64,000 bases of DNA from Podarcis liolepis (taxonomy: Eukaryota). Within the stretch, counting starts at the first letter, position 1. The number at the start of each line of letters is the position of its first letter. The notes beneath the pieces are model-generated. The model did no database searches, had not been told where the DNA came from, and was given only the letters and a program-made list of their open reading frames with translations. The stretch lies in NCBI GenBank assembly GCA_965112155.1, contig OZ218114.1; one strand, given 5' to 3'. The position numbers and the translations under genes were made by a program. Below are positions 1 to 10,009 of the stretch, piece by piece.

Positions 1-2944
1 AGGGGCATATCTAAATATGCACTGCCCATCTTGCATTCTGAAAAGGTACAGTCCTGGCTGGTCTGTACCATATGCTTTTATCTGGATGATTGGATTGACT
101 ATTAGAGAGGCAGTTGATAAGGTCTCTTGCCTACTCTCTTATTGGTTCAGTCATTAAAAATCAATGTTGATATTGTGTTAATTGTCAGTGATGCGGCACT
201 TGCAGGTTTTCATCCCAGGATTAAATTTCCCCCTTTCCCAGCAGAGCTCCTCTGCAGTGGAGAGCCCCACTCTGCTGGTGGGCACTTGGCAGTCACCCTT
301 TTCTTTATGAGGCGCCCGAAACAATGACCCTGAGTCAAACGGTCTTTAATTGTGCTTTTCTGCATTGTGATCGGCCGAGAACCCCGTGTAGAGCTGCTTG
401 GCGGGAGCCACTCCCTCCACAACACAGAAACATCTGCTAACCCAGACACATTTCTGTGCTTAGGCAGGAGGCAGGAAAACAAACCAGGGAGTTGATCTGC
501 CCTGGATAGAACCCAAGGCTAATTTTAAGAAGTTCATTTAGTTCCAATTTAATTTGGATGGCAGCCTTGCCTATAAATCAAAGCTTGATGAGAGCAATCT
601 ACCAGTCTGCCCTAGCATTTAATGGAGAAGGATGTAACTGGAGAGCCTCCAGATGAAGGTCCAGCCTTCCCTCTGGGACTCTCCCAGCCTCTACGCCCTT
701 TTGAGGAGGGGAACATAACCAGGGTTCTAGTCAAAGGGACTGTGCTTTGGGGAGATGTTGGTTACTCTCACACTAAATAGGCTTCATTTGCCCCTAGGGA
801 CATCAACCAACAGCTAAGTCTGATTGGCTATACAGGGTCGTGATGTTATCACATCCAGTACATGATCCCTGATTGCTTGGGATCACTTGAGAGGGGGATG
901 AAATGCAGGGAGGGAATGGCCACGAAAGCAGCAGCAAAGTGGGAGAAAGTGACTGCAAATAGTAGTGAACATTCATGAAAAAGACAGGATAAGGTATGTC
1001 CCAAACAACTATTTTCAAGCCAAAAAGCAAAGCTGAAATACGTTCAGCCCTAAATCATAACCCCAATGCCCTGAAGCCCTTCAATGTGAAACCATTTCTG
1101 CCCCTGTTAAGAGGGAGGTCCTCTCGTTTTCAGTGGTTAAAGCTTACTGTTGGGCGACTCAGCTTAACACTTTAATAAGCAGCTAAGCAGGGTACTCACT
1201 AAAGCAGCTATGCTAAGAGTGACATCCCATCGCTATGACATGCTCATGACAGCACAAAACAATGGGATGCAATGGCAGCAACTTGGAACTTCCCAGTCAT
1301 TTTACTCTTCATTTGGCTTCTGCTGAACTAGTTCCTCCCACTCTGTTCCATTTTTCTGGCATGACAGCATTAAACCCTTCCCAGACACTGGTTACAGATC
1401 TGAGCTTGGACTGTAACTGTGCAATGTGCCAAAGGACAGATGAATTAACATGGTTTGGGTTTACTTTTTTCTTTTCATTTTTTGCAACAGGAGACATTAG
1501 GCTGGGTGAAATACTTTAAAGGCTTGTTTACTTCCAACCAAAATAACATTTCAGGGCTGAAGGGGGAACGGTTCTTCCCCTTTCCCCCAGTGCTACTGCT
1601 GAATTTGGGAGAAAGTATTAAAAAAAAGGAGTAATAGACGATGAGAGGTAAAGATAGCCAACTTGTTCACAAATTGCACAAAGTGCAGTGGTTGCTGCAT
1701 GCCATGCATTTCCTTCCTTCAACTGCTCCCTCATTCAGATATCGCAATCCTGATCCTCCAGATGATTGTGGTTGAGAATGAGAGACTGTAATGAGTGCTC
1801 CTTCCTCCCTTTTCTCCAAAACACTTCCTCATTTCCTCAAACCTTAGTTTGCCATGTTGTCCTTACCAGCAAACTGTGGCTTGCATGATCTGTGCAAACT
1901 TTGTTTGAATGGGATTGCACAAACCACAGTTTGGCAGGTACAGTTTGAGGAAATGCTCTACCAAGCCAAGTGAGGGAGGCAGGGAGTGCTCAGATCTGCC
2001 ACTTGTTCCTTGGTTTGGAGGACTGGCAGCAGGTTATCTGTAACACAGTCTTGTGTCTGCATATATAACTAGAAGTGGAAGAGCTCTGCCTAGTTGTGAT
2101 TGCTTGTGTTGCTGCCAGTCAGAACAAGCTATTGCATGGGGAGCCAACATGGTGCCTTCCAGATGTTATTGGATCCAAACTCCCAGAAAGCCTCATATAG
2201 CATAGTCAAGGGTGATGGAGGTTGTAGTCCAACAACATCTGGAAGGCACCATGTTATTGACCCTAGACTATCCTCAATTGAAGGTGTACCCACTGCAGAC
2301 CACAAGTTAGCAGCTTCAAAGCCCAGGTAATTTCTTTTCAATCAAAGAAAGGGTGGCTTGTATGGAAAAAAACCCCAATGCACATACTCAGGAAGTGATT
2401 GTTTCAGTGTTGTGGAGGTGCTAACCACGAACTGCAGGGTTTAGGGACAAGCCAATGCAGCAGGGAATTCGAAATTAAGCTAATCCTGGTTAAGTTTCTA
2501 AGACTGGTACCTTTGCTTCAGAAAGGAAGCAGCAGAAATAAACTTGGATTGAGGTTAACACCACTTAGAGTTGTGCAACATTTTCAAATGGTGCGAGGTT
2601 TCTCATGTTGCTGCTCTTCAACAAAGTGCCTCACTGCTTGACGTGAGCACTCAGACCCTCCTTACCATTCTTTGCTGTCTCTTTCTAAGGCCTCTGTCTG
2701 ATAGATCTCAGCTGCACTGGAGTTGCTTTCATACCTGCTTCCTGTGCCACTCCTGTAATGTCTGAAGGTCAAGATCGCAAGAGAGGACCACATCATGTGG
2801 TTCCTTGTCCTTACCCAGCTATAAGTCCAAGCCACACTGGTCTTACATCCTATTTGACATTTACACACCTTCCAACCCCTTCTCTCCATTTCAGCAAGCG
2901 GCTCTTTCCCTTCCAAACATGAATGCCGTGATAGCAGTTCCCAC

Positions 2945-3143
2945 CTTGTTCTTTCAGGCGTATGATCTCGGTGTCTGAACCAAAACTGTTCCAGGCAGTG
3001 CAGTTGTAAATGGTCTGGAAGTCAGCCCGCACGATGTTGCTGATGGTTAATGTGGAGATTACGCCTTCATCCGTGCTGACGGTCTCTACCGTGTAACGCC
3101 CTGAGGTACCTGACTCCAGGACATTCTCCTTCCAGGACCAGGC
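2945..3143 (-). CDS. KIRREL3: KIRREL3 coding exon (approx. exon 12, second half of Ig5), 199 nt
   Basis: Acceptor gcgcAG|GCC and donor CAAG|GTGGGA. Translates [66 protein letters not shown](G). Confidence 0.96.
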
Positions 3144-4794
3144 CTGCGCATCAAAGCAAGCGGGGATTAGCCACCCTCGGTAATGTTCTCTCGTGCTAGA
3201 AATTATTTATCAAGTTTTTGCCTTTTACTAACGAACAGAAACATAGAAATCTGATATGCAAAAGTGATTTAGGGGTGGGTTCTGGCATGCTCTGTGAGCA
3301 GTTTTTACTTATCCGAATCAGTATGTTCATACGCAAAGGTGAGAGATGAAGACTCTTTCCTGGTTGCCCCACTGAGGGAGGTGTGCTAAGTGGTGATCTG
3401 GGGAAGGAGCCTTCTCAGTGGTGGCTCCTCAACTATAGACCTGTCTACTGCCTACCAGGCTATTTTTCTTGTACACACAAACACACACAAATCCCCAGGC
3501 TGGGGGAAAAAATAGCCCTGAATCTGCAGTGAGTTTATTTATTTATTATCTGCTGGATCAGGCCAAAGGCTTATTCAGTCTGGCACTCTGCTCTTGCAGT
3601 GGCCATCCAGTTGCCCATGAGAAGGCTGCGAGCAGATCCTGAGTTCAGCAGAACTTGCCTCACTTGTGATTCCCACCAACTGGTATTTGAAGGCATACTG
3701 CCTCCAGCAGTGAAGAATATAGCCATCTTGGATAGTAACCATTGGAAAATAACAAAAATTAAAAAAATAATTCCCCCCTCCCTAAGATGTACATGGTAAC
3801 ATAAAAAGCTGAGACTGAGAACACAGAATACTGGTAGCCTGAAGAGTATTAGAAAATCATTAAAAACACAAATGAATAATATGAGAATTTAACAAAAACA
3901 TAATTAGTAACACAGACAGTTATTAGAAATAAATTATTAGAAATTAACCTAAGTTATCTCCCCTCCCTTTTAAAAAAATAGGCAAATCAGAAGAAATCCT
4001 TACTGCAGCAAAAAAAAAAAAGGGAAGCATATGCTTGTAAATATGCATTGCTTTTTATGCTGGTTTTATCTGCTGTTTTATTTATTTGTTTACTTGTTTT
4101 CGTACATTTATACTCTGACTTCCACTATGGAACCCAAGGCAGCATACAGAGAGTGCTCAGGTGGTCACGCAGGCAGGCAGGCACTGCTCAGACCCAGACC
4201 TGTGTAGCTACAGCAAGAAGGTGGCCTCCTGTGCCTTCGGATGCTGTTGAACTACAGTTCCCATCAGCCTCACCCAGCATGGCCAATGGTCAAGGAAGAT
4301 GGAACCTGCAGTCCCACGAGACCTTGGCTACCCTTGTTCTAGAGCGCCATTCATCCTCATGAAGTTGTACAAGCAAAAACCAAAAAAAGCAAAATAGGCG
4401 GTTTGGGTTTCAATTCCCCAAGGTGCCAAACAATCCTCCAAGAAGTGGAAGATGCCTTCCACATTATCCCTTACCTTATACTTTTCTGCTGGATGGAGCT
4501 CACAAATGCAGGAAGTCCAGTGTTGGAACCTTCCTGGCTGAAGAGGGGCAACATGGCACCCTCTAGGGGCTGTTGAACACCATCTCCCACCATTCCTGAC
4601 CTTTGCTGGCCGAGGCTGATGGGAGTTGCTGTCCAGCACATGCCCTTTGATTTGTGCTTTGATTATGCTGTTCTAATATAATGCAACATAAGCTGTCCTA
4701 AACAATTTCTTTTGAAGGGCGGGATATAAATGAATGATTCATTTCCCTTGGGCTCTGGCTGCTATTTACGATGCTCAGGGAGGTGCCTACTTAC

Positions 4795-4895
4795 AATTCG
4801 GTCCGGTGGGGGCGTGCTGCGGATGAAGCATTTGATCTGGCCTTTCTCCCCGTGAAGAGCGTGCTGCGTCTGGGTGCTGGAGATTATAGGTGGTC
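4795..4895 (-). CDS. KIRREL3: KIRREL3 coding exon (approx. exon 11, first half of Ig5), 101 nt
   Basis: Acceptor ttccacAG|GA and donor ATT|GTAAGT. Translates (G)[33 protein letters not shown], identical to the remembered human sequence. Confidence 0.96.
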
Positions 4896-5324
4896 CTGTG
4901 GAAAGGGCAGAAACAGAGGAAAACGGGGAGTGACATAGTGTTGCATTCCTCCACCTGCCCCTCGCATACACAGGATAGAGCTCACAATCCCATACAGACA
5001 GGAACATGGGAGTCAGACCATTGTTCCATTTTGCTCAGTCTTGCCTACACTGACTGGCAGCACCTCTCCAGGCTTTTGTAGCAGGGGACTCTCCCAGTTC
5101 TACCTGGAGATGTCAGAGACTGAACATGGGACATCCTGCTTGCAAAGCAGATGCTCTACCACGGAGGCATAGACCATGCAACTGAGAGCAGCACAGAACT
5201 CCTTCCTGATGAGAGCTATAGGCTATAGTGGGTAGAGAGAGCTATAGAGGGTGAGATTGCAGGGCTGGCCCTTGCTGAGCTAAACTGAGCTGGCTGCCTC
5301 TTGCAAATAAATTTGGATTCTACT

Positions 5325-5675
5325 AGGTAAAGGTACCCCTGACCATTAGGTCCAGTCGTGACCGACTCTGGGGTTGTGCGCTCATCTCACTCTAGAGGCC
5401 GAGGGAGCCAGTGTTTGTCCGCAGACAGCTTCCAGGTCATGTGGCCAGCATGACTAAGCCACTTCTGGCAAACCAGAGCAGCACACGGAAACACTGTTTA
5501 CCTTCCCGCCGGAGCGGTACCTATTTATCTACTTGCACTTTTGATGTGCTTTCGAACTGCTAAGTTGGCAGGAGCAGGGACCGAGCAATGGGAGCTCACC
5601 CCGTCACGGGGATTTGAACCGCCGACCTTCTGATCAGCAAGTCCTAGGCTTTGTAGTTTAACCCATAGCGCCACC
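5325..5675 (-). mobile_element. Sauria (Squam1) SINE, near full length
   Basis: Runs from the aggtaaagg tail through ggtcatgtggccagcatgactaagcc, gtacctatttatctac and ttcgaactgctaagttggc to the tRNA-like head. Degenerate TSD aataaatt(t)g(g)attct. Confidence 0.9.
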
Positions 5676-5784
5676 TGGGACAATAAATTGATTCTTCTTC
5701 TCGTTCTTATTATTTCCCTTGGACAAGTGCCTTTTGGATTTTGCTTGCCTCGGGCTGCACAAGATCCCAGGAAGGGGTCTATAA

Positions 5785-5962
5785 GGCTGCATACACACCA
5801 TACATTTAAAGCATAAGGCTTCTCTTAAAAAATAAATAAAAAACCATGGGAATTGTAGTTTACCGCTCACAGAGCTACAATTCCCAGCACACTTAACAAA
5901 CGAGAGTTCCAACGATTATTGGGGGAAGTCATGTGCTTTAAATGTATGGTGTGTACGCAGCC
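5785..5962. mobile_element. PIF/Harbinger-type MITE
   Basis: About 29-bp terminal inverted repeats (ggctgcatacacaccatacatttaaagca / tgctttaaatgtatggtgtgtacgcagcc) with a TAA 3-bp TSD. Related degenerate copies lie near 12380-12500, 23930-24600, 29672-30015, 55745-55830 and 62625-62800. Confidence 0.8.
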
Positions 5963-6484
5963 TAAGAATCTTCCCCTTCTTCCTTCAAAGCATAACTAAG
6001 GCTCAAATTGACAGGTGATTTGCTGGGAGCCAGAAGAGGGTGCTCCTGCACAATGCAAGTGGGTCCTTCCACCCTACAGCTCAGGCTAAAAAGACTGCAA
6101 AAGATTACCGCTTCCCCAACCCAGTTCTGATCCAGCGTCTTTTGATTTTTGTGTGTGCTATTCGGCTTCTTTGCAGCGGCGGTCTATCTCTGATAAATGC
6201 CATGTGGCTGTGTTAATATTTCTATGACTAATTAATCTCATTAAAGGATCAACACTACTCCTCAGGATATTTCTCCTTCCTCCATTCTTAACATCCAACC
6301 ACAGAATTTTAGTTTAGCAATCAGTTGCATGTTTTCTGCTCCCAGGGGAGGAAAAAAAAAAAAGATCTTCAGCCCCAGGAATGCAACTTCCACACAAGTT
6401 TTCTGATGTAAATTTCTTGAAGTTTCAAATATCACACCCACCCACCTGGCATGTTGCATTTGCAGTTGGTGTGGTTTTCCAGTA

Positions 6485-6710
6485 CAGTGGTACCTCGGGT
6501 TAAGTACTTAATTCATTCCGGATGTCCGTTCTTAACCTGAAACTGTTCTTAACCTGAAGCGCCACTTTAGCTAATGGGGCCTCCCACTGCTGCCGCGCCG
6601 CTGAAGCACAATTTCTGTTCTCATCCTGAAGCAAAGTTCTTAACCCAAGGTACTATTTCTGGGTTAGCGGAGTTTGTAACCTGAAGCGTATGTAACCCAA
6701 GGTACCACTG
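6485..6710. mobile_element. Tc1/mariner (pogo/Tigger-like) MITE, 226 bp, copy 1
   Basis: Inverted termini cagtggtacctcgggtta / taacccaaggtaccactg with a TA TSD; three copies in the window. Confidence 0.88.
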
Positions 6711-6772
6711 TATACTGCCAATCCAGCCCACTCACTGGAAAAGGGCTAGCCTGCCTGGGCATGTTGCAAGAA

Positions 6773-7203
6773 GGGATGAATGAATCTGTCCCTTTTGGTT
6801 CTCCCAGTTTCTCCTTCCAATAGTAAATTTGGTTCTTCACGTTTGTGAGCAATTTGTGATTGTTATTATTTTTTAATCCCCATAAAATTCTCCAGCATTT
6901 TAGTGCAAATTTCTTCTTATAAGTACATTTTTGAATACAATCCATTATTTGCTAGCAATTTCTCCTAATACGGTGCAATTTTGTAAGTCACTTTCACTGG
7001 TAACTTCCCTTGGCATGCTCACTTTCCCCTGCTAACTTTCCCAGATCTATGAATTTTGTTTGGTTGCAGAGAATTGCACCACAAAATTTGGACCAGTGCA
7101 AATTTTGAAGGCCAGCTGGGGATTCAGTTCTATTGTTTTGGAAAGTAGGAATTTGATAAGTTAGGCCTTAAATGTGAACGGAATCAAATTTATCTCTCAT
7201 CCC
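6773..7203. mobile_element. AT-rich non-autonomous DNA element with GGGATG..CATCCC ends (unclassified)
   Basis: Shares internal motifs (atccccataaaa, ccagcattttagtg, aaaatttgga) with 60189-60648 and, inverted, with about 49200-49611. Confidence 0.6.
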
Positions 7204-7473
7204 AAGCTGCAAGGGACGTTACCTTGGAGACTGGGAAGCTGTTGTTGCAAGAGGAGAAGGGAGGGGTAGTGGGGGGGGGGGAGTCATCCAAAAGTGGGAA
7301 AGAGGTGACAAGGGAAAGAACAAAGACCACTTCCCCAACCCCTTTAGAAAAGCATGTCAAGGGAAGGAATAGGACTACACTATTCTGCCTTGATCAGACC
7401 CCCCTGCCCTGGAGCACTCTGTCCAGTTTAAAGATACTGACAAGTTGGAATGTGTGAGGAAGATGATCAAGGG

Positions 7474-7609
7474 CAGACATAGGCAAACTTGGCCCTTTAG
7501 ATGTTTTGGGACTACAATTCCCATCATCCCTGACCACTGGTCCTGTTAGCTAGGGATCATGGGAGTTGTAGTCCCAACACATCTAGAGGGCTGAGTTTGC
7601 CTATGCCTG
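7474..7609. mobile_element. hAT MITE, 136 bp
   Basis: Long inverted termini cagacataggcaaact / agtttgcctatgcctg with a perfect 8-bp TSD atcaaggg (7466-7473, 7610-7617). Confidence 0.88.
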
Positions 7610-7625
7610 ATCAAGGGTCTGAATA

Positions 7626-7940
7626 CACTGGTGGAGGAAGAGGAGTGCGGGAGGGGGGAGGGAGAGCGCACCACCCCCGACAGTGCAATCCTGTTGGGGT
7701 GCTATTGCGGCTGCTCCCCGCCTGCGCTGGGTGCCACACCTCTGCAGGCGGCATGCCCTGCCCCCAGGACACATGCCATGCTCCTGCGAGTGGTGTACCA
7801 CACCCCCAGGATGCACGCCACGCCTCTGCAGGTGGTGTGCCCCGCCCCCAGGATGCGTGCCACACCCCTGCGGGTGGCGCGCTCTGCCCCCACCTGTTCT
7901 CCACCCCCCCCCGGTGCTGGAGCATGAAGCTCCGCCGCTG
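7626..7940. mobile_element. GC-rich hAT-type MITE with an internal 42-bp tandem array
   Basis: Imperfect termini cactggtggag / ctccgccgctg and an 8-bp TSD tctgaata / tctggata. Array units start at 7733, 7775, 7817 and 7859. Confidence 0.75.
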
Positions 7941-7996
7941 TCTGGATACCAAGCCTTATGAGAACAGTGGAGAGAGTTTAGCCTGGAGAAGACTGA

Positions 7997-8147
7997 GGGA
8001 TTATCCTCACTTCCTCTTCTGCCACTGCTTTCCGCTGGAGAAAACTGCTCTTTAGTGCTCAGTTGGGGCAAACAGCAATTCAAGTTATTTTGACCACCTG
8101 GACTCGTGCTTTGTAGGCATGCCACAAGCGGAAGCATGAACAATCCC
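7997..8147. mobile_element. PIF/Harbinger-type MITE, 151 bp
   Basis: Termini gggattatcctcacttcc / ggaagcatgaacaatccc with a 3-bp TSD TGA (7994-7996, 8148-8150); it interrupts the CR1 motif agactgagagg. Confidence 0.7.
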
Positions 8148-8436
8148 TGAGAGGTCATACGATAGCCACCTTCAGATATCTGAAAGTCTGTCACAAGCTT
8201 AGAATTGCAGAGTTGGGAGGGATTCCAAGTCTCATCTAGTCCAACCCCCTACAAAGGGGGAATGCTTGTTTTCTGCTGTTCCGGAAGGAAGGACGCAAAC
8301 CACTATATTCAAATTACAGGAAACGAGATTCTGACTAAACGTTAGAATTTTCTGGTAGCAAGAGACAGTGAAAAGCTGGTGGGTTCTACTGAAGGCTTTT
8401 AAACAGAAGCTGCCTGGCTATTTGTTTGGGATCTTT

Positions 8437-8799
8437 TGTTGATGGATCTCAGCGAAAACTCTCTGCTACCGGCTGCTTAGTCTGTGTAGTCCAGGATGAC
8501 GACTCAGGAACATAACTTGCTGAACAGTAACTTGATTTGTATTTGCTTTTATTATATACAGACTATAGCACAGCTTTTGTACAAGTTACTATATACACAG
8601 ACTCGATTCAAACTCTACACTCCAACTCCAAACTACTGCGTCATGCTGCTTAAAAGGGAAAAGTTTTAGCCAATCGCCACCTGTTGCTAGGCTTCCCTAT
8701 CTTCCAAGCAGACTTTCTCACGTACCCTAGCTTTACTTGGCATCTTGCCAACTCACTAATTGTCCACTTCAAAGCTGCAGTTTCTCACAAACCTCAACA
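8437..8799 (-). mobile_element. Solo LTR, 363 bp
   Basis: TGTTGA...TCAACA inverted ends and a 5-bp TSD tcttt (8432-8436, 8800-8804). The minus strand shows ATTGG, then a TTTAA TATA-like element, then AATAAA in LTR order. Confidence 0.78.
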
Positions 8800-9969
8800 T
8801 CTTTAGCTGTGAATTCAGCACTGCAGGAGGTTAGACTAGATGACCCTTGGGTTTCCTTCTAACTCTACAATGCTGATTCTATGTCCCCCTTTTTTGGTAT
8901 AAAAATGACCATGGAGAGAGATTTCTGTGGGGATGGGGGTGGCAACAGCACAAGTTTTGCCCATGTTTTGTCATGCCCCTACCACTAGGTTAAAAAGGAG
9001 AAAGTTGCAGGATTTTTATCAGGCTGATATTTTTTAAAAAATAATGTTTCTGCCTTATGTAACCATGATCTCTAGAGAGTGTCTGAGAACAGAAAAGGGA
9101 TTAGGAATCAAAGAAGGATGCGAATCAGACCCTTGACCCCTTGAGAAAGCATTATCCAGATTTTGGGGGGAGGACCATTTTCAACCTGAGAGCCACCTTC
9201 CCTTCTGGGCAAATTCCTGGGGACCATGTGCTGTGGGTGGGCGGGGCCAGAGGCAAAAGTGGGTGGAGCAACAAATGTGAATTTCACCTTTATACAGTAG
9301 GCTAGGTTCTGCACACACTCCCACTCCCTCCTGTGTCCTCCACCTAGGCAAGCAAGAGGTCAAGGACACATTCTAGCCAGCAGAATGATTTAAGGAGGGC
9401 TTGGAGCAGGGCAGGCGAGGGGAGCAGCCTGTGGGATGTTGGGAGGTTTGGAGAGCTGCATTTGACCCCCCGAGCACCTCCATATTTAATCTAGGTGAAA
9501 AGGCTCTCCAGGGTTTCAGATGGGAGTCCTTATGGCCATTTCTGGAGATGCCAGCTGTGGAACCTGGGATCTTCCTGTGTACAAACCACATCCTCTGTCA
9601 CTGAGATGCAGGCCCCTCCCTGTTAAGGGGAGCAAAGAGCAAACAGAGTAAGGAGAACCGGGTGCCTTCAATTTTGGTAGTTGAAAATATGTGGCTTATA
9701 GAAGCAGCGGGGAAGCTGTGGATCTCCAGATTTTGTTGTACTGCACCCCTTCTATTGCCCCTGACCATTGGCTGCACAGGCTTAGTTCAGCATCACCTGG
9801 AGGGCTGCAAGGGCCGCATCCTTGGCTTAAAGGGATAGGACAAATGAAACAAGTGTGTTCCTACTCCAGTGCAATCTTTGCATGCACACATTCTCCTCTC
9901 CCATCAGTGCTTCTGCTATACAAACCCTTCCACTCTGTTCCTCTGCGGACAGTCAGTGCGGGGCAGAGG

Positions 9970-9972
<3 letters not shown>

Positions 9973-10006
<34 letters not shown>
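9973..10006. repeat. (GT)17 microsatellite
   Basis: Read directly from the sequence. Confidence 0.97.

Positions 10007-10009
<3 letters not shown>

Larger units (their letters stand above)
7359..8883 (+). mobile_element. Old CR1 LINE 3' fragment split by nested insertions
   Basis: Removing the inserts restores colinear CR1 motifs: tattctgccttgatcagacc, aagatgatcaagggtctg, caagccttatgag, tttagcctggagaagactgag, gatagccaccttcagatatctg, ttcaaattacaggaaa and gactagatgacccttggg, ending in attctatg. Confidence 0.82.

Noticed and set aside
7733-7892. Regularly spaced repeats resembling a CRISPR array
   Set aside because: The units are contiguous degenerate tandem copies with no unique spacers, in vertebrate DNA with no cas genes.
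7597-8194. Six overlapping long ORFs (up to 197 aa) suggesting a hidden gene
   Set aside because: They arise from a stop-poor GC-rich 42-bp tandem array inside a TSD-flanked MITE; the peptides are repetitive with no recognisable domain.
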